Part shown: piece by piece, positions 28,883 to 41,740 of the stretch
Position numbering within the stretch: the stretch's first letter is position 1
How the letters are laid out: each line of letters begins with the position of its first letter
Source of the DNA: Chrysomallon squamiferum
Lineage: Eukaryota; Animalia; Mollusca
Assembly (NCBI GenBank): GCA_012295275.1
Contig: CM022666.1
Span: forward strand, 2,976,001 to 3,040,000
Direction of reading: 5' to 3'
DNA: 64,000 nucleotides
Position numbers and translations under genes: made by a program
Notes under the pieces: model-generated
The model's database searches: none
What the model saw: the letters and a program-made list of their open reading frames with translations, nothing else
Told to the model about the DNA's origin: nothing

Positions 28883-31800
28883 ATTCTCCTTCAAGAAAGA
28901 AAGAAAGAAAAAAAAAAAAAAAAAATTCAATAGACTTTCAATCTGACAGCATCACCGCCTTCAAGCAAGCTTCAAAAATCAGGACCGTGAGGACTCTACT
29001 CAAATCAAATGAAACACTCAAAAGTTAAAAAAATGCCCGAATCCACGCTCAATAGGACGAGAATACAATGAAAGCGGAGACTGAAGATGAATATTGCTTC
29101 GCAGCGTTGCGCGGTGGCTGTTATCACAATTAGCCGTTGTCACACATTTCCCGCCTGGCCGAGACCCCCAGTGAAATGATTCTTCGGAGAAATCAATACG
29201 AAGCTGTCGGAGATATTTAGACAATATGATTTTGGAAAAACTGTTAAACAACACATGCAGGACTGATAAATATATATATATATTTTTTAAATCAGTTTGA
29301 ATAGGGAAATGGATCGTTTGATTTGCCACAGAGGATTAATGTTTTTATATGAGCATATTTCATGGAAAATAATATTATAGCATTACTGTAACTATGAAAC
29401 CAATAAGCCTATGTCAAATCTGGGTTGGAACACAAAATACTTCAGTGGAAGGTTGACATACAGAGCTAAAATAAGACTTACACAAGCAAGCAAGCAATAA
29501 AGAAGAAATAACCTGACTGGAATGGGATATAATGACAGTATGTTATGTCTCACTTTTACCAATGATCTACAGCAATCCAATTACTAACAGAGAATTATTG
29601 CCATTATTAAAACCTAGATAGCAAAAAGAATAAATAAGTTTATAGAAAAAATTGCTTGGAATGGAATATATCAACCATTGAACAACAGCCCTTCCTATTA
29701 GTAATTTAAAAGGTATATATTGCCCTTATTAAAACATAGCTAGAATGGAAAATAGCTCAGTAGGTTTTATTAAGTTTGATTCATACCACGATTCAAAGCT
29801 TTACTTAAATATGTATCTTCCAAACCACCCTTCAGTTTTGTCTTTGGTAAAATGGTAAATAATTCTTCATGTCTAAATGTCTTCTGAAATCTGTCTCTCT
29901 GCAAATAAACCACCATCTTAAGAATATGTTTTGAGTTCTTCTAACCCATACCAGCTAGTTAAGAAACAAAACCATTGCCCAGACTCATCTAATCTTTTGG
30001 TTGGAACAGAAAACAGCCCTGAAGGGTATATGAAGAAAGATTCATACTGAGATTCTAAATCTGCTCTCTTGTAAACCATCTTTCAGTTCTGGCATGGAAG
30101 AAACCATAAACAAGTCACATCTTTTTTAAATATGTGCTGATGCATTATTACTGAAAAAAATAATTTCTCTTCTAAGGTAATGAACTGACAACAGTTTATG
30201 CAAGGCAATTTATATTTCTTTATTGTCCTGCACTATAATGTTATTACTGGTGTCCAAGTGCAGATCTTTCATTTTAAAAAGTCTTTAATGATGAACATTT
30301 TTTTTTTTTTTGCTTTATTATTCCTCCAAAGTGATGATAATTGTGTGGATTGTTGCTGTTTGTTTTTTTGCAGACAGGTTATTTGTTTTTTAATGGTGGT
30401 TTTGATAGATACTATGGGGTGTATGGAGGTTTATGTTCTTTCCTATTTGGATGGTGTATAGATGTGCAGATATATTAGAATAATTTATGCATGTGCAATA
30501 TACTATTATCTTAAATCTTGTTAACTTTAAAGTACTACTATATATTTTGGTTTAAATTTTATGACAATTTATTTGTTTGTTGCTTTTTTTAAACTGATAA
30601 TAATATATACACAAATAAGGCATTCATAATTGTGGCTTTGACTCCAAAGCTTGAAATAAAATCAGATAAAATAAAATTAAACAAAAAATAAAATTAATAA
30701 AATAAAATAAAATAAAATAAAATAAAACTTCAAAATTTATAAAACTCATAATAAAATTAATATTAAATAATAAATAAATTATATATACCCTAGAAGGGTC
30801 TCATTTGGGGTCAACTATGCCTTCATAATCTTTATCTCTTTTTTTAATGGCACCAAATTACATCAACTCATAAGATGAGCTGTCGCATGTATTACATAAT
30901 TACAAGTTAGCCGCAAGAAAATGTGCATCTAATAACTGCAGCCAACTGCTTTTTCACTGCAGTCATGTTTTATTGATCTAACGAAAATTCACATTCATAT
31001 CCTGGTTTTAGCAGTGAAAACCTTAAGCCAAATGAAGGTCTAATAAAGTTAATTAACTGGTTCAAATTTCACATCACAATGAATTTTTTGTTCTGAAATT
31101 TTGAACAGTTTTAGGGTTTGTTTCGTATTCATGAGTTGTGTGTGTGTGTGTGTGCATGTACACTTTCTTTGTTCAGAGCTCCATCTGAGACTGAATTCTG
31201 CCCTGAAACTTTGTGAAGTTTGAAGAGGTTCTGGGATGCATGTGTATGAGTAAGCCCGTTTAAGAATTATTTGTTACATTAAAAAACAAGAAGTGTTTTG
31301 TGGGGTTTTTATTATTATTATTTGTTTTTTAATTTGAAAATATTTATTTAATTTATATATGGTATTTTTTTCTGTTCTATCTTTATGCTTTAAAGGGCTA
31401 TTTTGAAATGTAAAATATAATAAGAAGATATTTCAGTTATTTCTAATATTTTTATGTTTCATAATACTGATAGTTCAAAAATAATTTTGTTTATTAACTT
31501 ATATTATTATCTTAGAAATAATCTGTTTGTCATGTCTCAGTGTATGTTTTTCTTTTATGTAATTTTTTGAAACATTTCAATTTATATTTATAAATGTGTT
31601 CATCTGTGTGAATAATTTGTGTACATTTCTTGCGCAAGTAAAAATGCTCATCCATCAATACATGCTGACGTCATTTAAAGTTACCGTTGTAACAGTAACA
31701 TCTAATTATTCGAATTTTCACTTTTGTAATAAGGACACTAATTGATTTTAATTATCAACATTATGTTTATACTGTATTCGCATGTGGACAGATTTCAAAA

Positions 31801-31928
31801 CAATTTTAATTTAATCAAAACGGATGGATTATTTCGCCTTGATTTCTTAAAGCATATGATTTTCCCCCATACCTGTGGTGTTTTCTTACTTAATTTCAGA
31901 CAGAAAGACACAGATATAATGTCTTTAC

Positions 31929-32090
31929 CTGATACTGTCTTCTGTTTATAGTCTGTTGTAGGATAACGCAATACATTGTGGTCAGTTTTGACAGCAGATT
32001 GATAGTACCAATACAAGTTTACTTAGCGGGAATCTGATTTTTTTGTTATAAGTAGAACTTCCGGTTTTCGTAAAAGGCGCATGCGCGTTA
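31929..32090 (-). promoter_or_regulatory. Housekeeping-type promoter and probable first exon of a minus-strand gene
   Basis: Perfect NRF1 palindrome GCGCATGCGC (32077-32086) and ETS ACTTCCGG (32057-32064). A minus-strand donor CAG|GTAAAG lies at 31929/31928, with an alternative CAG|GTATGG near 31872. CpG depletion begins just to the left. Confidence 0.6.
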
Positions 32091-32963
32091 ATGTTATTTA
32101 ATTATGAATTTGTTCAAAACAGTCACAGATTCCTAGCACTAACAAAAGTAATAAAAAATATTCGAAATATACTGAATCTCATGTTCCAAAGCAAGGAGTA
32201 GCAACAACAACAACAGCAACACCACCAACAACAACAACAACAATAATAATTATTGCTATTATTATAATTCGAGCATAGATATATGTAAAATGTTTTATTT
32301 TTATTATTGTTGTTGTTGTTGTTGTTGTTGTTATTAACATTATCGCTTTCAATCATTTTACAAAGTTAAAATTATACTTCGTTCAATGTATTTATTTATG
32401 AACGATTTTATAATTTAAGCACCTGTGCTTGTTTGATTTATTTCTTTTTTTTTTTTTTTTTTTTTCATCGAATTCTTTCCTCCAGACGAAACATTTTTTA
32501 ATTTTTATTTTTTATTTTTTTAAATTTGAAGCCTTCTTAAGTCGTCTGCTTCTTTGTACTTTTTCTGAATGTCTGAATAATCTAGATTACCGCTCATCTC
32601 GCCGTGAATGTTGAATTTAAAACACCAAATTATCTGTCATTCAAAATTACCGTCTACTTCACTGGTTTTTCTTTTACGGCGTTGCATAACATTAATTGGT
32701 AAATGCACCGCTTTTAGTTCGCCTGTTTCTTAACGAAGTAAATAAAAGTAGATTTGAAAAATGTGTCTTAAATTATGCTTTAATAATTTTATTTACGCCA
32801 TAAATTAAATTAAGGGCATTTTTCTTCGTTAACAAAATATCATCAAATAAATCTATTTCATTCAGACTTGAATTTTCGTCGGTTTGACATCAGGTTTATT
32901 TTGCTAGAATGAACAACATATGTTTTATAATTAGTGTCTGTACAGTAACTGCAGAGTTTAGAT

Positions 32964-33273
32964 CAGGCACGGGCAAACTTTTTCGAGAAGCGGGCCACAT
33001 AAGACATGACACATCCTCAGTCGGGCCGAATGTACTAATTTAGGCGATTTTGTGTTTTTTTACGTAGAGTTTATTTTAAGAAATTTTCCATTTTCATTTA
33101 CTTCAGGAACTGTTATAACAAAATAATAAAAAAAAAAAAATGACACGTGTTTTAGTATATCAGTACGTACAAAATAGACTCATTTTATAAAATTTGAATT
33201 AACGTTATTTTCCTTGTGAAATTAGGTGGGCCACTCAGAGAAATCCGCGTGGGCCGCAGTTTGCCCATGACTG
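32964..33273. mobile_element. Non-autonomous hAT (Charlie-like) DNA transposon / MITE, 310 bp
   Basis: TIRs CAGGCACGGGCAAACT and AGTTTGCCCATGACTG (14/16 complementary), with subterminal GGGCC repeats typical of Charlie-type MITEs. The left flank GTTTAGAT fits an NTNTANAN target, and the right flank GTTTGAGA is a degraded TSD. Confidence 0.8.
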
Positions 33274-33315
33274 GTTTGAGACTATTTAGTGGTATGAACA
33301 GAAGTAATAGTATAT

Positions 33316-33391
<76 letters not shown>

Positions 33392-33954
33392 GTTGACCTG
33401 GATTTCGGATCTGAAAAAATCACAAAAATTTAATATTATCGCCATTTCTTATTCGAAATTTAACCTCTACGTACTGCTAAGTTATTCTGAGTCCCACTAT
33501 ACGGTCACGGTAACCTCTCTCAACACACATTCCATCAACGTAAAGCAAATTTTACAACTGCACCCACAGCATCCTAAACTAACAAACTTCACCCAGCCTA
33601 GCCTACATTTTTCTTTACATTCACTGTATGGCACTTGTTTGCATTGTTTTTATACAGATATATTGTTCAGACATTATTACGTTACTGTGTTAGCTGTTAT
33701 GTGTACTAAAGTTTAATGGTCCGGTAAATTGTACGGTCAATGTTTACATTCGCAGTTTCCCAGACATTTGAATTTTCCGGACCGGTGCTTCCCCTTTTAT
33801 ATATGTATGTATGTATGTATGTATGTGTGTGTGTGTGTGTGAGTCTGTGTGTATATGTGTGTGTAATATATTTGCAAACATATATATTTAAACATTTATT
33901 TATTTATTTATTTATCTATCTATCTTTTTATTTATCTGTTTATTGTAAAATAAT

Positions 33955-34260
33955 CTTGTTTAATCTCTGAATTAATTAATTACGTTTAAATTCTAAAATT
34001 AACGAATCCGGTAAATTAATAAATCTAGATTTGACTCTGAATTAAAGATTCTAAATTAATGAACCTAGTTTTATCTCTTATTAATTAATATAGCTTTAAC
34101 ATTAATTATAATAATTTAGTTGTAATTCCTCATTAACATATTCTATTTTTAACTCCTAATTAACATATTCTATTTTTAACTCCTAATTAACATATTCTTG
34201 TTTTAATTCCTAATTAAGTAATTTTAATTCTAAATGTAACAAATTTAGTTTTAACTCCGA
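33955..34260. repeat. 27-bp AT-rich minisatellite
   Basis: tcctaattaacatattctatttttaac three times at 34127-34207, with decayed flanking copies. Confidence 0.8.
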
Positions 34261-34676
34261 GAACGATGTGTTTGATATTCCAGTCATTTAGTGTTTTATC
34301 ACCCTGAGTTTAATCAGAGGACGACACAAAGTCATTTCATCCTTGTACAAACATCAGCTGAGAGATGTTGTGTAATTTAAATTCTTCCGGCACTTGCGCA
34401 CCGCAGTCTCATGTACTAAATTTGTACTTGTAATCAGAATGTTAATTTGGTCCCGTTGTAATTCGCAGTGTTTTTTTTTCTGTTATTTTTATTTTTATTT
34501 TATTTTATTTTATTTTATTTTATTTCATTTCATTTTGTTTTATTTATTTATTTATTACATTTTATTTTATTCCATGTTTTAAAATATTATTAGTAGTAAT
34601 AGTAACCGTAATAGTAGTAGTAGTAGTAATAATAGTATTTATTTGTTTGTTTATTTATTTTATCATCATCATAATT

Positions 34677-34748
<72 letters not shown>

Positions 34749-35030
34749 TTAATTTTTCCCCGCTAAATCCCAAGTATTAATACATAAATGCCAATTATAA
34801 CTGTGTATAAAATTTTAAAATAGGAACAAAAAGTAACGGGTTTCTTCTCAAATATTTCACTCCCAGACTACTGTTTGTTATACGACTGCTTCATCAGAGG
34901 TTGTCGCGAATATATTCCTGACGATATGGCGATGCCTTTAAAAGATTCCTTTAAAAGATTCCTTGCTGCTGATCTTAACTGAGTAGGGCATTTTTCTTCT
35001 TGAAACGTTTTTATGATTCCATATTACTGA

Positions 35031-35117
<87 letters not shown>

Positions 35118-35192
35118 GTGAAGGTAATCGAGGTTTCTGGGTTGTATGTGGACTAGTTAAAGTGTATCTTTCCTTTTTAACTTCTTCTTTTA

Positions 35193-35245
<53 letters not shown>

Positions 35246-35267
35246 TATTCATTTATTTATTTATTTA

Positions 35268-35302
<35 letters not shown>

Positions 35303-35957
35303 TTTTTTTTTTTTTTTATCTTAAATAATAGCAAAGTATAACAACAGAAGAAAACAGGTTCAAAAATATCTGGGCGCCGCCGCCGCCATCATTGTTTTGT
35401 ATCCGTGCAGGAGAGAGCAGAATTTTCAAATCCTAGACAGACAGATCAAATTATGAGACGAAGTTAAGAGGTATTCAGACTCGCTTCGGCTTTGTATTTC
35501 GGTGTAAAGTGCTCCACGTTTAGAATCTCGTCTTTTTGTACGTCGTCACGCTGCCTGTTTCTCCCATTAACGCGAGTGTGTGTTTTTGTTGCCAAACGCT
35601 GACGACGGAGTCGCCCGGGCCGTTGCAGCCTCGGAGTTTTTTTTTTTTTTTCTGGAGTCAGGCGGGCGCACACACAATGACGGTTGGGGAAATTCGCTGG
35701 TTACGGCGTATTTTGCGTTAAACGGCCCGTTTCCAAATTGCGCGCCAGAGTCTGACAGTGCTCTGGTTTAACAATAAAGATGTGTTGATGCGGTGATTAA
35801 CCTATTCTTGAAAAATATATTTTTTTTGAAAATAGCTTACGGGTTCAAGTTCCGTAATGAAATTGTTTCTGCCCCCCACTGACTGTCTGTCTGTCTGTCT
35901 CTGTCCGTCTCTGTCCGTCTCTCTCAGTCTTCCTCCTTTTCTTTCTCTCTCTTTTTC

Positions 35958-36050
<93 letters not shown>

Positions 36051-36304
36051 TTGGTTCTTCCTCCCTCCGTCTCTCTCTCTGTCCCTCCGTCTTCCTCTCT
36101 GCGTTTCTCACTTTCTCCTTCTCATTCTCTTTCTTTATCTTTCTTTTATTTTCTCTTCGACATTTTCCGTTTCTTTCTGCCTCTTTTCCTTATCTTTTTC
36201 TTCAAAACACATTACAAAAATGTGTGATGGACACTGATAAGTGTAAGTGAATACACGGATTATGTACTTCAAATACCACTCCTCTATCAGAAATTAATTC
36301 AGTA

Positions 36305-36363
<59 letters not shown>

Positions 36364-36701
36364 CACCTACTGGAGATTTAATAACGTAAGCAGATATTAT
36401 GATGTCAGTCGTCATGGTAACGTTGTATTTTGTCAGGTGATAACGACGTTAATAACGATAGTAACATATAACTGAACTGTGTGACTGTGTCTGTGTGCTG
36501 TATAAGTGTGTGTATTGTGTATGTGTGTGTAATTTGTCAGTGATTACGTGATGGGTGCATGTGCATGCAAAGTTATATGTGTGGAAATGGCACAACCATC
36601 TGAAACGTACATTTTTATTTCATCGTTCCAGTGGAAAAATGTCGTATCAAAAAAATAAAAAAATAAATAAAATAAAATAAATAATAATAATAAAAAAAAA
36701 A

Positions 36702-36738
<37 letters not shown>

Positions 36739-37335
36739 TGATGTTTTACCTTTTGCAGTGCAAATGTCTGACTCGAACAGAATACAAATATTACATTTTC
36801 GGAAAGACTCGGTGAAATTTATTATTACTGTCACAACGAAAACCCGTTCAGACTTCTTCCTCTTAAAGATTTTGTATTTACAAAGACCATAAATAAATAC
36901 ATAAGAGAAAATAAACTTCATTTTTCGGAGTTACATGGCTTCTTCTGAAAATGAAAATTAGAGTGCGTCTAGACTGAAGTGTAAAATAATGACATTATGA
37001 TGTTAAAGGCTTCTGAGCCAGCGGCGGTTTCTGGTAGACTTTAATGATCTTATATCCTCTTCATTCAATAGGGGAGTATTAGACCCCCTCTGGATAACGA
37101 TTGATATAGGGAATATGCAGACACCAACTGAATAATTAATTATCTTGTATGTGTACTATTTTTACTGATAATACAATGTAATTTCCAACCTGTCTGCTAT
37201 AAATGTTTCGTTTCGTGTACTTTTGCACACGATACGCAAATGATATTATGTGCTGCAGTTGAAAGTTACATCAAAATGCACCTCGTTTAATTTTTAATGT
37301 CATGAAATTTTAAGAATATTTAATAAATAAATGAA

Positions 37336-37372
<37 letters not shown>

Positions 37373-37385
37373 AATTAATTAATTA

Positions 37386-37425
<40 letters not shown>

Positions 37426-38089
37426 TAAATTGGTAAGTAAGTAAGTAAGTAAATAGATAAATAAATTTGCCGATTTTCCTTTAAATTGTTTGCGTAAAAA
37501 TTCCTGATTTTATATCTTACTGATTCACACCACCGCAGTAAAACAATCCTAGTTTTGCCCCTGTAAACTAATAAAACTAAAACTATAATATTCAATTTTA
37601 TATAATATTTATTGTTTGTGCATGAAATTGGTTATACGTGCTTTCAAACACATTTTAACAGAAGTGGCCCAAGCTGGAAAGCATAGTTGTTATCATTAAG
37701 TTAAATCTGGCGCCACAAATCTGTTATGTAACGAATATAAAGCAGACGACATTAATTTTCGAAATAGGTCAGGGTGTTCTGTGACGTCAAGGAAATTGTT
37801 AATACGTGTACATAAATCTGAGAAGCTGTTGAATTATGTTTTAAACATATCATAAGTGGATTAACATAGAAGGTATTTTTATCGTTGCTATGTGCCAAAT
37901 AGGTATTGTTACATGTCGTTTAAACTATCATTTGATTTAATGAAGGAAAGTTTAAAACCCATCTATCTGTCTGTGTGTCCGTCTGACCTTTCACGCATCC
38001 ATCCTATCCATCTATCTGGCGGTGTGTCTGACTATACTATATATATATATATATATATATATATCTGTCTGCCTGCTATTCTATCCACA

Positions 38090-38123
<34 letters not shown>

Positions 38124-38221
38124 AATGACATTGTAATACATATGAATATATTGATTCAGGAATATTTTGGTCCATATTAAATGTCTGCCTCAATTACTAA
38201 TATGTTTTGAATAAACACACA

Positions 38222-38265
<44 letters not shown>

Positions 38266-39772
38266 ACAGAAAGTTTCTAATTGCTGTCTGGTGTTTTTTT
38301 TTTCTGGGTTTTTTCATTTGTTTTTGTTTTTCTGATGATGATTACCCAGTCTGCTCCCAAGTTACAAATATCTGATAAATAAAAACTGAATTAGTTCTTT
38401 TTAATGTCTTTCTTCAATTTACATACACTGTTGTTTTTTTTGTTTTTTTTAAACTTGAAATCACCAAGAGAGACAAAAAGTACTTAGAGAATCACTTAAT
38501 GGCCATAATATTAAATAATAACTTGTCTAAAATGTTTACAGTCATTTACATTTTTATTTCGAATTCTGAAATTTTCGGAAAGTTTGGGTACTGAGATTAC
38601 CATACAAACAATTAGACGTTAACTTTTTCCGAATATTTCCGGCGCCAGTTAGTAACGGAAACTAATTATGCACGGAAATATAGCACCCAACAAAAAAAAA
38701 AAAAAAAAAAAAAATGAGAAGAAGAAGAAGAAATAAAAACAAAAACGAAAGAAAGAAAGAAAGAAAGAAAAGAAAAGGGAAAAAAAATGAGTCGATATTC
38801 TTAACGATAATTTCAGAAGAAGCTTTTCCGAAAGCTTCGGATAATTCGACGACAACGGGCGAAATATCCCGATTGTTTCCATGTCAGACTTCGCAACGCC
38901 CGAGCAAAATTTCTAGTTCCGCAGAACAGTAATGTCAGTTCCGACGATCAGTGGTATTTTTTTCCCTATGCTTGTCACATTTCATATAAATGACAATCGG
39001 TTAATTTATACTTTGTAAAAACCAATTGCACACTGAAAAAAGATTAGTAGTACAAAAAGCCATAAAATGAATTAAGTTGTCAAATTTAAACTGACATTTC
39101 CATTTGGGTCAGCCATTATTATCGTTGAAATAAGCTGCATTTTATAATCGAATTGCAAATAATTATCCGCGTTTTTATTTGTTTTTATACGCATTAGTTG
39201 TTATTGTTTCAAAAACAATTAAGTTCTGCAAAGTAACATGTTTGGAAATTCCAAATTTTATACAAAACCGTATGCACAAGCTTGTAATGTTAGTTATTAT
39301 CTCGTCATGTCGTCATTATAATAAGCATCAGCATCAGTGTCATCATCATCATCATCATCATTAGTAGTAGAAGTAATAATGGTAGTAGTAGCAGGAACAG
39401 TAGAATAATTACAGATACTTTTATTATCATCATCATCATTATTATTGTTAGCAGTTGTAGTAATACTAATAATAGTGGTAGTAGTTGTTGTTGTTGTTGT
39501 AGTAATAGTACGGATAATTATGATAATACAGAAACAGATAATGATAATAATAGCAGTAACAACGACAGCTGTGATAATAATAATGTTATTATTCTTATAT
39601 AATGATAATGATAAATGAGTAAACAGACAAACGAACAAACGAACATGAAAAACAAATACATAAATAAATAAATAATGCAAGAAACAAATCTAGTAATGGG
39701 TATTATTGCCAAAATTTGCTGTCTTTTTATGTTGCATTGGTTTGTAATGAATTCCAACCAGCAGCGCGCGCG

Positions 39773-39816
<44 letters not shown>

Positions 39817-39967
39817 CACGCACACACGCACACACAAAAGGTAAAATGTACACAAAAATTATACAACAATAAAATTCAGTGTTTGATCCCAGATTAGAAC
39901 CCGGTTCTTACTGGTATTATAAACAACCAGTGAATCTTCAGGACAACTCTTGCTTTACTTTCAAAAT

Positions 39968-40410
39968 GGACCAATCACTAGACGATGTAAAGATACTGAC
40001 CAATAATTAACAGTTGCGAAAACAGACAATCGTTGATTGGTAAAGTACATTCCTTTTACTCGCTTTTCATTGGCGTGAAAAAAAAAAAAAAAATAGACAT
40101 TTCAATAACGATTCTAAAGATAGACCAGTCGGTGAACTGCATAGAAACCAGTCGACATCAGCTGACCAATCGCTGAATGATTCATAACATAGCTACCAAT
40201 AAATGGACAGTTACTATTCGGAAGAGAGTGACGTGAATATTAACATTGTTTACGTCACTCTGTTGAGAATAGTAACTATAAACGAATATTTTTATCTCCG
40301 CCTTTAGAACGCACCGCACGATACTGTTTCAGAATAACCGCAAAATGGTGGAACTGTTTGCACGTTCAGTTTGTAAAAAAACTATTTCAACGATACTTTG
40401 TTTTGAAATC
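39968..40410. promoter_or_regulatory. Multi-CCAAT (NF-Y) promoter-like element
   Basis: CCAAT at 39971, 40000, 40166 and 40196, ATTGG at 40036 and 40069, CCAGT variants near 40125 and 40148. CRE-like GTGACGT and TTACGTCA lie at 40228-40257. Confidence 0.55.
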
Positions 40411-40617
40411 ATGAAGATCGTAGCTGAAAGGAAGTGAATATTTATTATTATTACTATCACTATTACTACTACTACTTCTACTACTACTACTAATAATAAT
40501 AATACTTCTACTACTACTATTACTGGTACTACTACTACTACTATTTCTACTACTACATCTAGTACTATTATTGTTTATTTATTTGTTTGTTTGCTTGTTT
40601 GTTTATATTATTATTTA

Positions 40618-40716
<99 letters not shown>

Positions 40717-41026
40717 TTTTTTTTTTTTTTTTTTTTTTTAAATATGACTTTATATTTCATGGCTGCTGTTTGAAAAATATTTTTTTGTTTCAAATTTAAT
40801 TCATTCTGATTTCTTAAAAATATGATTAATGACAAAATTTCCGTCCATAATAGGCTACTATTTTTAAAATATTAAAAAACAAACAAAAAAAAAAACAATT
40901 CTTTCCTTTGTTTTAAAGCGGGTTTTTTTCAGTTATCACCCAGAGGATTTAGAATATTTGATGTATGACCCGTACGAGCTAAAATATGAAATCATTGTTG
41001 GAAGACGTATTAATAGCTATAGGTCC

Positions 41027-41073
<47 letters not shown>

Positions 41074-41604
41074 TTTGTTTTATTTATTCATTAGTTTGTC
41101 AGTTTGGTTATTTGCTTGTTTGCGTAATAATATGTTTGTCCATCTGTTTGCAGGTTTCTTTTGAAAGCTACCGGACATTATTTCACGGGCGGAGACAGAA
41201 TTTCAGGGAAGGGGTGAACCGCCCCAATTCTTAGGATTTCAATATGAAATAAATTCAGTGTCAAAGAAATAAAAACATCGGCACCGCTCTGTAAAAAATT
41301 AAAAAAATAAAAAAAAGAAGAAAAAAAAGATAGAAAAAAAAGAGAATTGCACACAGGCCAAGAAATGAAAATAAAAATTAAAAAAAAAAACAGAAAAAAA
41401 CCCCCAAAGGAAAAAAAAAAAAATAACAAATAAATAAATAACAATAATTAACTAAATTAAAATTTTATAAATTTAAAAAAAAAAAAAAAAATCAAAAAAA
41501 AAATCTGTTTACCTAAATATACATATAACATGCGTGCTGTTACGACCATATACCCCACACGTCACACTAAACAAGAACAAACTCGAATTATACGCAATAC
41601 TCAC

Positions 41605-41740
41605 CAAATACTGAAACCGAATGACACGACCATTACGACACAAAAACCGGAAACAGGTAGCGTTTTAGGCCTAACCGTCGAACATCCGCTAAGAAAACGG
41701 CTCAGCCAATGAACGCGCCGAATTGAGTCAACGTGACCCC
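41605..41740 (-). promoter_or_regulatory. Promoter-like element with a candidate minus-strand first exon
   Basis: ETS ACCGGAAA (41646), AGCCAATG (41704-41711), TGAGTCA near 41724, and a minus-strand donor TTG|GTGAGT at 41605/41604. Confidence 0.45.

Noticed and set aside
35480-35490. CTCGCTTCGGC resembling the U6 snRNA 5' end
   Set aside because: Only 11 nt match and the rest of U6 is absent.
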